64,000 nt of DNA, taken from assembly GCA_030753015.1 (NCBI GenBank), contig JASMDC010000005.1:64001-128000 (forward strand). Reading direction: 5' to 3'. Below the pieces are notes generated by a model that was given only the letters and a program-made list of their open reading frames with translations, had not been told where the DNA came from and searched no databases. Both the position numbers and the translations under genes were made by a program. Positions 19,105 to 29,471 of the stretch are shown piece by piece. Numbering within the stretch: the stretch's first letter is position 1; each line of letters starts with the position of its first letter. The DNA comes from Candidatus Undinarchaeales archaeon. GTDB lineage: Archaea > SpSt-1190 > JASMDC01.

Positions 19105-20712
19105 CTACATGCGGAATACGCCGTACTTCGACTCGGGGATCTCGGAGTTCAGCGCGGCGGAGATCGCGAGGCCCAGGACCATCCTTGTGTCCTTGGGATC
19201 GATAATCCCGTCATCCCAAAGCCGCGCGGTCGAATAGTATGCGCTTCCCTCCCGATCGTACTTCTCAAGGATGGGTCTTACTATCTCATCCTTTTCTTTC
19301 TCAGAGAGGGTCTTGCCCTTCCTCTTCATCTGGTCCATCTTTACCGTGAGTAGGACATTGGCGGCCTGTTCACCACCCATGACCGAGATCCTGGCGTTAG
19401 GCCACATCCAGAGCTGCCGAGGTTCGTAAGCCCTCCCGCACATTGCATAGTTGCCTGCACCGAAGGATCCTCCAATGACCACGGTGAACTTCGGGACCTG
19501 GGCATTGGCCACGGCCATGACCATCTTTGCGCCGTCCTTTGCTATTCCCTGACTTTCGTAGTCCTTCCCCACCATGAACCCGGTGATGTTTTGGAAGAAG
19601 ATGATCGGGAGCTTCCTCTGCGCGCAAAGCTGGATGAAGTGCGTACCCTTGACCGCGCTCTCGCAGAACAGGACACCGTTGTTGGCCAGCACCCCCACAG
19701 GGTAACCCATTATCCTAGCGAAACCGCACACCAGGGTCGGTCCGTACAGTTTCTTGAACTCGTGGAACCTGCTGCCGTCCAGTATCCGTGCAAGCACCTC
19801 CCTGACGTCAAAGGGCTTCTTGGGATTCTTCGATAATATCCCGTAGATCTCCTCCGACTCGTACTTGGGCTCCTCGGGAGGTGAAACGTCAAGATGGATC
19901 TTTTCCGGCCTGTTCAGGCTCTCCACTATGTTTCTGGTAAGGTCAAGAGCATGCGCGTCATCGAGCGCGTAATGGTCGCTCACCCCGGATTCCCTGCAGT
20001 GGACGTCCGCGCCACCCAGCTCCTCCGCGTCCACCTCCTCGCCCGTTGCCGCCTTTACGAGTGGTGGGCCTCCCAGGAAGATCGTTCCCGTTCCTTTGAC
20101 TATCACGGTCTCGTCGGACATCGCAGGGACATAAGCACCTCCGGCCGTGCACGATCCCAGGACGACCGAGATCTGTGGTATCCCCATAGCCGACATCCTG
20201 GCCTGGTTGAAGAATATCTTACCGAAATGATCCTTGTCCGGGAACACCTCGTCCTGCATGGGCAGGAACGCGCCCCCGGAGTCCACAAGATAGATGCAGG
20301 GCAAGTTGTTCTCCATGGCCATCGTCTGGGCCCTGATGTGCTTCTTCACGGTCATGGGGAAGTAGGTCCCGCCCTTCACGGTGGGATCGTTCGCTATGAT
20401 CATCACCTCCTTCCCGTGGACGACGCCGATGCCCGTGATTATCCCTGCACAGGGCGCACCATCATCGTACATGCCGGAAGCGGCGAGCGTGCTGAACTCG
20501 AGGAAAGGGGTATTGGGGTCCAGGAGCTGTTCGAGCCTTTCGCGGGGCAGCATCTTTCCGAGCGATCTCTGCCTCTCGATATATCGTTGCCCACCACCTG
20601 ATTTGGCCTTCTTCAGCCGTTCCTTCAGCTCAGATACAAGGCCTGATTGGTACGCCTTGTTCTCCGAGTATTCTTCCAAGCTCGTATCGACCCTGCTCTC
20701 CAATACGTCCAT
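19105..20712 (-). CDS. 3-methylcrotonyl-CoA carboxylase carboxyltransferase (beta) subunit
   Basis: [54 protein letters not shown] terminus. Confidence 0.93.
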   Translation of the reverse strand: MDVLESRVDTSLEEYSENKAYQSGLVSELKERLKKAKSGGGQRYIERQRSLGKMLPRERLEQLLDPNTPFLEFSTLAASGMYDDGAPCAGIITGIGVVHGKEVMIIANDPTVKGGTYFPMTVKKHIRAQTMAMENNLPCIYLVDSGGAFLPMQDEVFPDKDHFGKIFFNQARMSAMGIPQISVVLGSCTAGGAYVPAMSDETVIVKGTGTIFLGGPPLVKAATGEEVDAEELGGADVHCRESGVSDHYALDDAHALDLTRNIVESLNRPEKIHLDVSPPEEPKYESEEIYGILSKNPKKPFDVREVLARILDGSRFHEFKKLYGPTLVCGFARIMGYPVGVLANNGVLFCESAVKGTHFIQLCAQRKLPIIFFQNITGFMVGKDYESQGIAKDGAKMVMAVANAQVPKFTVVIGGSFGAGNYAMCGRAYEPRQLWMWPNARISVMGGEQAANVLLTVKMDQMKRKGKTLSEKEKDEIVRPILEKYDREGSAYYSTARLWDDGIIDPKDTRMVLGLAISAALNSEIPESKYGVFRM

Positions 20713-20767
20713 TCGGGGTACCCGAGAACTGAAACCCTAATATATCTTTTCCTGACGGCGATGATGC

Positions 20768-21514
20768 TCAGACGAGGTCGACATCGCCCTCGAGCACGCA
20801 CCTATTCCTCCCGTCATCCAGCTCCACCACGAGAGCTCCCCGCCGGTCCATACCGACCGCGATGCCCTCGAACGCCTCTTCCGGTGGCACGGGTCTCACA
20901 CGGACCCTCGAGCCGATGCTCTCCACAAGGGACCTGTGTTCGGACAGGACTGCCGGGAACCCGCCCGAGAACATGTCCGAGCAGAGCGTCCCGAACTGCG
21001 TGAGGATGGAATTGAGCAGGGTATCCAGGTCGACCTCTACACCCCGTTCGTTCTTGATGGATGTGGTCCGCACCCGTATATCCTTTGAGAAACAGGACAC
21101 ATCGATATTGGCGTTCAGGCCTATCCCGATGACGAGGAACATGTCGCCCGATCGCCCCCGGAACATCTCTGATAGGATCCCGCATATTTTCCTACCTTCG
21201 ACCCTCACGTCATTGGGCCATTTGACGCGGGCGTCCATGTCGTAATCGTTCCTCAGCACCCTGGCGACCGAGAGAGCACCGATGATGTTCAGGCTCGGGA
21301 CCATGTCCGGCTCGATGTCCGGTCGGAGGATTATCGAGAACCACAGGCCGCCCTCGGGTGATTCCCACGAACGGTCCAACCGGCCCCTCCCCTTGCTCTG
21401 GGTCCGGGCAACGACAACCAAATCCTCCCCTGCGCCATCAAGGACCAGCTCTCTTGCGACCCTGTTCGTTGACTCCACGTCCTCAAGGTGATGGATCCGG
21501 AACTCTATCGCCAT
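20768..21514 (-). CDS. birA: Biotin--protein ligase (no HTH domain)
   Basis: STN, QSKGRGRLDRSW, KWPND, KICGIL, GIGLN. Confidence 0.93.
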   Translation of the reverse strand: MAIEFRIHHLEDVESTNRVARELVLDGAGEDLVVVARTQSKGRGRLDRSWESPEGGLWFSIILRPDIEPDMVPSLNIIGALSVARVLRNDYDMDARVKWPNDVRVEGRKICGILSEMFRGRSGDMFLVIGIGLNANIDVSCFSKDIRVRTTSIKNERGVEVDLDTLLNSILTQFGTLCSDMFSGGFPAVLSEHRSLVESIGSRVRVRPVPPEEAFEGIAVGMDRRGALVVELDDGRNRCVLEGDVDLV

Positions 21515-21580
21515 GTCCGAGCGCTTCCCGGAGTGGCAAGTATAAGAATCTGTATGGTGGGTTGGGGAAATGGCTGGTCC

Positions 21581-22495
21581 ATGATGGCGGATTCAGATGC
21601 GGGAGAAGGTCGGGAAAGGTCTGTCGTGGGGCCCCTTCGGCTAGGGGGTTCCGAGATCTTCCAGGTCAGCGACGGTGCATGCTGGCTGGACGGCGGCGCG
21701 ATGTTCGGAGTTGTGGCAAAGACTCAGTGGAGCAAGTACACATACTCTGACGAGAGGAACCGAATAGAGCTCGGTCTGCATCCCCTCCTTATCAAGGCAA
21801 AGGGCAAGAACATCCTGGTGGACACTGGGATCGGAGGGTGGTCCGGCTCGAAGTACACGAAGAAGTTCGTTGACATTTTCGGGATAAAGCATCCCCCCAC
21901 CCTCATCCAGTCCCTTAGAGAGATCGGCCTCGGACCGGAAGACATCGACATAGTCATCAACACCCACCTGCACTTCGATCATGCGGGGGGCAACGCCTGC
22001 CGGTCCGACGGTGAGCTCGCCCCCACGTTCAAGAACGCAAGGTACTTTGTGCAGAAGAGCGAGCTGGAGGACGCGAAGAGCCCGAGCGAGAGGTCAAGGG
22101 CGTCCTACATCCGGGAGGATTTCGAGGTGCCCGAGAACGCGGGCCAGCTCGAGACGGTGGAGGGGAACGTTGAGATCGTCCCCGGCGTCTCCACCATCCT
22201 GACCCCCGGTCACACCAGGTCCCACCAATCTGTGAAGCTGGAGACCTCCGAAGGTGTCCTCGTATACCTCGGGGACCTGATACCGACAACCGCCCATCTC
22301 AGGGGTTTGGCCTGGATCATGGGCTACGACCTCTTCCCCCTCACAACGCTTGAGACGAAGAGGGACCTCTTAAGGGAGGCACTCGATGGAGACTGGACGC
22401 TTGCGTTCGAGCACGATACCAGCGTTGGTATGGGAAGGGTAAAGATGGATGATAGAGGCAGGTACTCCCTCGATCAGGTCTTCAGCTTTCGATGA
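21581..22495 (+). CDS. MBL-fold metallo-hydrolase (YtnP-like)
   Basis: LDGGAMFGVV, THLHFDHAGG, PGHT, GDLIP, MGYD, FEHD; start uncertain (ORF track start overlaps birA). Confidence 0.88.
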   Translation: MMADSDAGEGRERSVVGPLRLGGSEIFQVSDGACWLDGGAMFGVVAKTQWSKYTYSDERNRIELGLHPLLIKAKGKNILVDTGIGGWSGSKYTKKFVDIFGIKHPPTLIQSLREIGLGPEDIDIVINTHLHFDHAGGNACRSDGELAPTFKNARYFVQKSELEDAKSPSERSRASYIREDFEVPENAGQLETVEGNVEIVPGVSTILTPGHTRSHQSVKLETSEGVLVYLGDLIPTTAHLRGLAWIMGYDLFPLTTLETKRDLLREALDGDWTLAFEHDTSVGMGRVKMDDRGRYSLDQVFSFR

Positions 22496-22517
22496 TCATA
22501 TCGGAGGCTTGGCGCGG

Positions 22518-23711
22518 CTACTCCCTTACTACGGACATAGCGACCGCGTTGCCCCCTCCCAGGCAAAGGGTAGCGAGGCCCAAATCCTTCTCCCTCTGCT
22601 TCATCGCGTAGAGTAAGGTGACCAGGACCCTCGCACCCGAGGCGCCTAACGGGTGGCCGAGGGACACTGCGCCTCCGTTTACATTGACCCTCGACGGATC
22701 GATCCCCATCTCCTCGATCAATCTGATGGACTGGACCGCGAACGCCTCGTTCAGTTCCACAAGATCGTAGTTATCGATCTTCCTACCAGTCTTGGCCATC
22801 AGCTTCTTCACCGCGACCGTGGGAGCCAGCAACACCCACTTCGGGGGCAGCCCTCCGGTCGCATAGCCCTCGACCTTGGCCATCGGTGCGATACCCAGGT
22901 CATTGGCCGTGTCCTTCTCCATTACCAGAACGGCCGCTGCCCCGTCGTTCAGCGTGGATGCATTGCCCGCGGTCACTGTCCCGTCATTCTTGAACACCGG
23001 CTTGAGCCGGGCAAGCCTTTCCAGTGATGAGTCTTCCCTCGGGCCCTCATCCGTGTCGATTATGACCGTTCCTTTCCTTCCCTCGACCTCTACGGGCACG
23101 ATCTCATCCTTGAACCTGCCCTCCTTGATCGCGGCAGCCGCCTTGTGCTGGCTCTCCAGCGCGTACCTGTCCTGCTCCTCACGAGAGATCTTGTATTCCT
23201 CTGCGACTGACTCGCCCGTCATGCCCATGTGCACGTCATTGAACGGGCACCAAAGGCCGTCCTTTATCATGGCGTCCTTGAGCTTGGTGTCACCAAACTT
23301 CTTGCCGGTCCTCAGACCATTTAATAGGTGAGGGGCAAGCGACATGTTCTCCATCCCGCCAGCGATCACGACCTTCGCGTCACCGGCCTTGATCGACTGG
23401 GCCGCGAGCATGACCGCCTTGAGGCCCGATCCGCACACCTTGTTCACCGTGAATGCTCCGACCTCATTGGGGATCCCGCCGTGTATCGCTGCCTGCCTTG
23501 CTGGGTTCTGACCCAGTCCGGCAGTGATGACATTGCCGAATATGACCTCATCGACCAGCCCCGGTTCGATATCCGAGCGGTTCACAAGCTCCTTTATTGT
23601 CAGAGCTCCCAGCTTGGTGGCCGGTACCGTCGACAGGCCGCCCATGAACCTCCCGATAGGTGTTCTGACGGCACTGACTATCACTGCTTCTCCTGATCCC
23701 ATCTTCATCAC
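22518..23711 (-). CDS. Acetyl-CoA C-acetyltransferase (canonical thiolase)
   Basis: [26 protein letters not shown]: all catalytic residues present. Confidence 0.95.
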   Translation of the reverse strand: MMKMGSGEAVIVSAVRTPIGRFMGGLSTVPATKLGALTIKELVNRSDIEPGLVDEVIFGNVITAGLGQNPARQAAIHGGIPNEVGAFTVNKVCGSGLKAVMLAAQSIKAGDAKVVIAGGMENMSLAPHLLNGLRTGKKFGDTKLKDAMIKDGLWCPFNDVHMGMTGESVAEEYKISREEQDRYALESQHKAAAAIKEGRFKDEIVPVEVEGRKGTVIIDTDEGPREDSSLERLARLKPVFKNDGTVTAGNASTLNDGAAAVLVMEKDTANDLGIAPMAKVEGYATGGLPPKWVLLAPTVAVKKLMAKTGRKIDNYDLVELNEAFAVQSIRLIEEMGIDPSRVNVNGGAVSLGHPLGASGARVLVTLLYAMKQREKDLGLATLCLGGGNAVAMSVVRE

Positions 23712-24496
23712 TTGAAGTCCGGTTTCTTCTTCTCGAGGAACGCGCCCATCCCCTCGGCCGGCTCCCCGCTGGAGAAGCAGATACCGAAGGACTGGGTCTC
23801 AAGGATCATGGCCGAATCAAGGTCCATATTAAGGCCCCGGTTCATAAGGAGCTTTGCGGTCGTGACGGCGAATCTACCGGCGTTCGCGATCTCCTTGGCA
23901 ACATCCCGTGCCTCCTTCATGAGGACGTCCGGGCCCACGACCTTGTTGACAAGACCGATCCTCTCCGCCTCGTCCGCCGTGATGGTCCTTCCCGTGAGAA
24001 TGAGCTCCTTTGCCTTGGCAGGTCCGATCAGCCGGGGGAGGCGCTGGGTCCCGCCGAATCCCGGTATCACACCGAGCTTCACCTCTGGCTGCCCGAGTAT
24101 CGCGTTCTTGGAGGCGAGCCGGATGTCCATACTCATGGCGAGCTCACATCCACCCCCCAGAGCGAAACCGTTTATGGCCGCGATCGTTGGCTTGGACAAG
24201 TTCTCTATCTTGGAGAGGACCGCATGGCCCAGCTTGGAGTAGCTGATGGCGGCCAGTGGGTCCATGTCCCGCATCTCGGAGATATCCGCACCAGCGACGA
24301 ATGATTTGTCGCCCTTACCAGTCAGTATGCACACTCGGACCCCGTCATCCCTCTCCAGTCGGTCAAAGACATCTTCCAGCTCCTTGAGCACTTCCGTGTT
24401 CAGGGCGTTCAAGGCCTTGGGCCTGTTGATGAGAATGGTCGCGATCCGTTCCTCTACATCCACCAAGATGTTCTTATACTCGTAATCTCCCAGCAT
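23708..24496 (-). CDS. Short-chain enoyl-CoA hydratase (Crt-like)
   Basis: [42 protein letters not shown]; ATG 24496 after GGAGG. Confidence 0.92.
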   Translation of the reverse strand: MLGDYEYKNILVDVEERIATILINRPKALNALNTEVLKELEDVFDRLERDDGVRVCILTGKGDKSFVAGADISEMRDMDPLAAISYSKLGHAVLSKIENLSKPTIAAINGFALGGGCELAMSMDIRLASKNAILGQPEVKLGVIPGFGGTQRLPRLIGPAKAKELILTGRTITADEAERIGLVNKVVGPDVLMKEARDVAKEIANAGRFAVTTAKLLMNRGLNMDLDSAMILETQSFGICFSSGEPAEGMGAFLEKKKPDFK

Positions 24497-24681
24497 ACCG
24501 ATTGCCTCCACGACGACTATCCCGCACCCCTAAGACTATACATTTAAATTCATCTATGCCCTTTTGGCCACTTCCTGCTCGAACACATGACAGAGGACTT
24601 CCCGGAACGGGAGACCTCAAGATCGGGATTGCTGAATCCTCCCGATTGCAAGCAGGAACAGGGAACCGGGGGTAGTACCAA

Positions 24682-25959
24682 ATGAAGAAAGGGAAGAGAA
24701 CCGCACCCAGGGATGTCTACATGGTATCCGGGGGGGTCACGAAGTTCGCGAAGGCCCACCCAGAGATGAACTTCCAGTTGATGGTGAAGCGAGCCTTCGA
24801 CTATGCGATGAAGGATGTCCCCGACCTCACTATGGACATGATCGACGGCTCGGTCGCCTCGTACTTCTCGGACCACTTCACAAGGCAGCTGATGGCCGGG
24901 AGCATGGTGAACGACTTCCTCGGACTCTGCCCGAAGCCCAGCAAGAGGACCGAGGGAGGTGGTGCGACCGGCGGTCTTTGTCTGCAATCAGGCTATGAGG
25001 CAGTTGCATCGGGCAGGATGGACGTGTGCGTTTCCTTCGGTTTCGAGACCATGTCCCGGGTCAACACGTGGAAGGGCAACGAGTTCATCGCCCTGGCGTC
25101 CGACACGAACTTCGACTATCCTGTCGGAGGCTTCTACACAGGCTACTACGCCATGATGGTGGTCCGGCACATGCACGAGTTCGGGACCACCCCGGAGCAG
25201 ATGGCCCTGGTATCGGTGAAGAACCACGGTAATGCGCTCTACAATCCCTATGCTCAAAGCCCCATGAAGCTCACGGTCGAGGATGTGCGTTCCAGCCCGA
25301 TGGTCGCTTATCCGCTGACCAGGCTGGACTGCTGCGCCATGTCGGATGGTGCCGCGGCCTGCATCCTCGCGTCGGAGGACGTCGCCTTCGAGCTGACCGA
25401 CAACCCCGTGAAGATAAGCGGCGTCGGGACGGGTACCGACGCCATGAGGATGGCAGACCGTCCCCACAAGGACGTCATTCTGCTGCCGTGGGAGAACAAG
25501 TTGGACTATAAGGGCCTGAAGTATCCGGGCGTGCACTCGTTCAGGGCGGGCAGGGCCGCTGCTAAGATGGCCTACGAGCATGCGGGCATCACGGACCCCA
25601 TCAAGGAGATCGATCTCATCGAGCTCCACGACGCTTACACATCATCGGAGATCCAGACCTACGAGGACCTTGGCCTGTGCAAGTACGGGGAGGGTGGACA
25701 GTTCATAGAGGAGGGCCAACCCGAGCTGAACGGTAAGATCCCTGTCAATCCCTCCGGCGGTCTCTTGGCATGCGGTCACCCTGTTGGGGCCACGGGCCTG
25801 ATGCAGGCGGCGTTCGCGTTCTGGCAGGTCCAGGGGACGATCAAGAAACACATGGGAAGCGACAGGCTTCAGATCCCCAATGCCAAGAGGGCCCTGATAC
25901 ACTCCCATGCGGGGACAGGCACATACGTTGCCGTGAGCATAATGGAGAGGGGGCGTTAG
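24682..25959 (+). CDS. Archaeal SCP2-type thiolase-domain protein lacking the N-terminal catalytic Cys
   Basis: KNH, SDGAA, ELHDAY, NPSGGL..GHPVGATG; the usual ACAS nucleophile loop reads EGGGATGG. Confidence 0.88.
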   Translation: MKKGKRTAPRDVYMVSGGVTKFAKAHPEMNFQLMVKRAFDYAMKDVPDLTMDMIDGSVASYFSDHFTRQLMAGSMVNDFLGLCPKPSKRTEGGGATGGLCLQSGYEAVASGRMDVCVSFGFETMSRVNTWKGNEFIALASDTNFDYPVGGFYTGYYAMMVVRHMHEFGTTPEQMALVSVKNHGNALYNPYAQSPMKLTVEDVRSSPMVAYPLTRLDCCAMSDGAAACILASEDVAFELTDNPVKISGVGTGTDAMRMADRPHKDVILLPWENKLDYKGLKYPGVHSFRAGRAAAKMAYEHAGITDPIKEIDLIELHDAYTSSEIQTYEDLGLCKYGEGGQFIEEGQPELNGKIPVNPSGGLLACGHPVGATGLMQAAFAFWQVQGTIKKHMGSDRLQIPNAKRALIHSHAGTGTYVAVSIMERGR

Positions 25960-25960
25960 G

Positions 25961-26461
25961 ATGGCGAAGAGAAAGGAAAGGATCAAACTCCCCGAGACAG
26001 AGGAGGGCACCGTGCTCTTCAACGTGGACCCGATCATAATCAAGCACCATTATGAGGTCGACTACATACACTCCTATGCCCAGGACTCTCCATTCTTTTC
26101 GGGCCTCGCGAAGAAGAAGCTCATGGGGACCAGGTGCACGAAGTGCGGCTACACCTATGCGACCCCCAAGGTCAGCTGCATGATGTGCGGCGCCGAGGCA
26201 GAGTGGATCGAGCTTCCGCTCGTGGGCAGGGTACATACCTGGACGACATGCTACTTCGGGGGCCAGGAGTTCCTGAAGGAGACGCCGTTCAACCTTGCGC
26301 TTATCGAGTTCGATGGGGCCGACACCCTGTTCATGAGCAGAGTGATCGGTGTCAAGGAGGAGGACATGAGGGTCGGGATGAAGGTGAAAGCCCAGTTCCT
26401 GCGGAACCTGAAGTTCAAGCCCACGGACGTGTATTTCGTACCGTTCAAGGGAGATGAATAG
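25961..26461 (+). CDS. DUF35 Zn-ribbon/OB-fold protein
   Basis: CTKC...CMMC ribbon, GRVHTWT, GMKV; 1 nt after thiolase-like gene. Confidence 0.9.
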   Translation: MAKRKERIKLPETEEGTVLFNVDPIIIKHHYEVDYIHSYAQDSPFFSGLAKKKLMGTRCTKCGYTYATPKVSCMMCGAEAEWIELPLVGRVHTWTTCYFGGQEFLKETPFNLALIEFDGADTLFMSRVIGVKEEDMRVGMKVKAQFLRNLKFKPTDVYFVPFKGDE

Positions 26462-26478
26462 AGAGGACAGGTGATCGA

Positions 26479-27654
26479 ATGGCGTTGTACACAGAAGACC
26501 AGAAGAGGATACTCAAGACATTATATCCTAATGATTTCGAGGACTATGACATCATCCTGCGGACCCTGGACAAGGTAATCGAAAAGGAGGTGCTCCCACG
26601 GGCCGAGGAGGTCGACGGCGAGAAGATATTCCCGAAGGAGGGCATGGATACGCTCTTCGAAGAGGGGCTCGTGTCCATGTCCTTCCCTCCTGAGTATGGA
26701 GGCCTCGGTCTCCCTTACCCGGTGTATATCGCCTGCATGGAACTGGTCTCAAAAGCATGCGCGTCCACGTCGATATCCTTGGCCATACACAGCACCGTCT
26801 GCGAGGGGCTGCGTCTCTTCGCAAGCGAAGAACTGAAGAAGACGTGGTTGCTGGAAAAGGGTCTCCTCGAGGGAAGGTCCCTTGCTGCCTTCGCCCTGAC
26901 CGAACCCGGGTGCGGGTCGGACGCCGGGGCCATCCGTACCAAGGCAAGGCTCGAAGGCGATGAATACGTGATCGATGGTACGAAGACCTTCATTACCAAC
27001 GCCGGAGTGGCTGACGTCTATTTCGTGTTCGCACTGACGGACAACGGCCCGACCGCCTTCCTGGTCGAGGCGGACCGACCCGGGCTCTCCATCGGCAAGG
27101 ATATCCCTAAGGTGGGCGTCAAGGGTACGAAGACCGGTGAGGTGATATTCGAGGACTGCAGGATACCTAGCTCCAACCTCGTCGGTACCGAGGGGAAAGG
27201 ATTCAAACATGCAAAGGAAATGCTCAACAGGGGCCGGCTCACGATCGGTGTCCTCTCGGTCGGTATCGCCCAAGCAGCCCTGGAGAAGGCGCTTCGGTAC
27301 AGCAAGGAAAGGAAGGCGTTCGGTACACCGATCTCCTCCTTCCAGCTCACGCAGGAGAAGTTCGCCAACATGGTCACCGAGATAAACGCGGCACGGCTCC
27401 TGACCTACTATGCGGCCAGCCTCAAGGAACAGGGCGTGCCCTTTGCCTCCGAGGCCGCGCAGGCCAAGCTCTTCGCATCGGAAGCGTCAGTGAGGGCGTG
27501 CGATAACACCATACAGGTACTTGGCGGGTACGGATACGCCGATGAATACGATGTCCACAGACATTGGCGGGATGCCAAGCTCATGACCATCGGCGAGGGT
27601 TCCTCGGAGATATTGCGTCTATTGATCGCCCACATGGCGTTAAAGGCAGTGTGA
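26479..27654 (+). CDS. Acyl-CoA dehydrogenase
   Basis: FALTEPGCGSD, GTKTFITN, AKLFASE, QVLGGYGY, IGEGSSE. Confidence 0.94.
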   Translation: MALYTEDQKRILKTLYPNDFEDYDIILRTLDKVIEKEVLPRAEEVDGEKIFPKEGMDTLFEEGLVSMSFPPEYGGLGLPYPVYIACMELVSKACASTSISLAIHSTVCEGLRLFASEELKKTWLLEKGLLEGRSLAAFALTEPGCGSDAGAIRTKARLEGDEYVIDGTKTFITNAGVADVYFVFALTDNGPTAFLVEADRPGLSIGKDIPKVGVKGTKTGEVIFEDCRIPSSNLVGTEGKGFKHAKEMLNRGRLTIGVLSVGIAQAALEKALRYSKERKAFGTPISSFQLTQEKFANMVTEINAARLLTYYAASLKEQGVPFASEAAQAKLFASEASVRACDNTIQVLGGYGYADEYDVHRHWRDAKLMTIGEGSSEILRLLIAHMALKAV

Positions 27655-27679
27655 TCGCTGAAAGAGGAGGTATGTTACG

Positions 27680-28426
27680 ATGAAGATCATTGTATGCGTA
27701 AAGATGGTTCCCGACACCACAACTAAGATAGTGGTGGCCGGAAACGGCAAGGACATAGACCGGTCGGGTGTTGAGTACGTCCTCAACCCCTATGACGAGT
27801 ACGCCGTCGAGGAGGCGTTGAGCATCAAGGAGAGGTTCTCGGGGAGCGAGGTCGTAATACTGTCACTGGGTCCGAGCGAAAGCACTAAGACCATCCGGAC
27901 CGCCCTTGCCATGGGCGCTGACAGGGGTGTGCTGCTGAAGGCAGAGAGCACGGACCCGTTCGTTGTCGCAAAGGCCCTGGCCGACGAGATATCATCCATG
28001 GACCCCGGCCTCGTCCTCCTGGGCAAGCAGGCCGTGGACGACGACGCCAACCAGGTGGGAGGGCTCGTAGCTGAGTTCCTCGGGCTCCCCTTCGTGTCGT
28101 CCATCATCAAGCTCGAGATCAGCGAGGACCGTGCCGTCGCCCAGAGGGAGAGGGAGGGCGGCTATGACGTAGTGGAGGTCCCGCTACCCTGCGTTCTATC
28201 GGCCCAGAGGGGGCTGAACGAGCCCCGATACACGACAATGAAGGGGATCATGATGTCAAAGCGAAAGCCCATCGAGGAGAAGGAACCGATCCTCTCCGAA
28301 TCCCTGCTCGAGGTGACCTCCCTCCACCTGCCGCCGCCCCGATCCGGGGGCAAGATCGTGGGCGAGGGAAAGGAGGCCGTCCCCGAGCTCGTGAGGCTCT
28401 TGAAGGAGGAGGCAAAGATACTCTGA
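27680..28426 (+). CDS. etfB: Electron transfer flavoprotein beta subunit
   Basis: VCVKMVPD, NPYDEYAVEEA, GKQAVD, NEPRY; GAGGAGG SD. Confidence 0.94.
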   Translation: MKIIVCVKMVPDTTTKIVVAGNGKDIDRSGVEYVLNPYDEYAVEEALSIKERFSGSEVVILSLGPSESTKTIRTALAMGADRGVLLKAESTDPFVVAKALADEISSMDPGLVLLGKQAVDDDANQVGGLVAEFLGLPFVSSIIKLEISEDRAVAQREREGGYDVVEVPLPCVLSAQRGLNEPRYTTMKGIMMSKRKPIEEKEPILSESLLEVTSLHLPPPRSGGKIVGEGKEAVPELVRLLKEEAKIL

Positions 28427-28436
28427 GGTGATAGAT

Positions 28437-29417
28437 ATGGCGTTCGATATCATCGTTTATGCAGAAAATAAGAAAGATGGCTTCAAGAGGTCCGTGCTGG
28501 AGGCCGTCAGTGAGGGCAGGAGGCTGGCCGACACGTTGGGCTCCGAGCTCTGCGCAGTTGTCATAGGATCCGATGTCGGGGCCCTGGCCCCGGCCCTGGG
28601 TGAGTTCGGGGCGGACCTGGTGCTCGTCGCGGAGGACGAGGGACTGGGAACCTTCTCCCCTGACGGATACTGCGACATACTGGAGCGGGCCATCACTCAA
28701 AAATCATCCTCCATCGTTCTCCTCGATGCCTCGATCCGTGGCAAGGAGCTCGCCGCCAAGCTCTCCGCGCGTCTGAGCGCGGGACTAGCCACGGAGTGCG
28801 TGAATATCGAGATCAAGGATGGGACGCAGGTCGTGGCCACACGACCCCTGTACGCCGGCAAGGCCCTTGTGGATGTGGCCTTCAACTCTCCGATCCGGAT
28901 CATGACCCTGAGGCCGAAGGCGTTTGTGGCCTCCGAGGCCCCCCGGGAGGCTGCCATCGAGAGGATGGAACACGCTCCCGATGAGGGCAGGACAGGGCCT
29001 GTGATCAAAGAGACCATCGATGTCGGTGGGGGTAAGATCGACCTACGTGAGGCGGACATCATCGTCTCGGGCGGGAGAGGTATGAAGAACGGCGAGAACT
29101 TCGCCATCCTCGAGGAGTTCGCTGACCTGCTCGGGGGGGTCGTGGGAGCATCAAGGTCCGCCGTCGATGCGGGATGGAGACCGCACTCCGACCAGGTCGG
29201 GCAAACGGGCAAGGTCGTCTCGCCCAGCCTCTATGTCGCCTGCGGCATATCCGGCCAGATCCAGCACCTTGTGGGGATGAACACGTCCAAGAACATCGTT
29301 GCTATCAACAAGGACCCCGATGCCCCTATATTCGCCGTTGCCGATTACGGGATCGTCGGTGACCTCTTCGATGTCGTTCCCGCCCTTACGGAGGAAGCAC
29401 GAAGGCTCAGGTCGTAG
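28437..29417 (+). CDS. etfA: Electron transfer flavoprotein alpha subunit
   Basis: SGGRG, GASR, QVGQTG, GISGQIQH, INKD; ATG 28437 after GAGGTGA. Confidence 0.94.
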   Translation: MAFDIIVYAENKKDGFKRSVLEAVSEGRRLADTLGSELCAVVIGSDVGALAPALGEFGADLVLVAEDEGLGTFSPDGYCDILERAITQKSSSIVLLDASIRGKELAAKLSARLSAGLATECVNIEIKDGTQVVATRPLYAGKALVDVAFNSPIRIMTLRPKAFVASEAPREAAIERMEHAPDEGRTGPVIKETIDVGGGKIDLREADIIVSGGRGMKNGENFAILEEFADLLGGVVGASRSAVDAGWRPHSDQVGQTGKVVSPSLYVACGISGQIQHLVGMNTSKNIVAINKDPDAPIFAVADYGIVGDLFDVVPALTEEARRLRS

Positions 29418-29471
29418 CGGGCACGGAAGCTTTAGGGGCTCGATCCCCGGACCACATGGTCCCTGTAAGGA

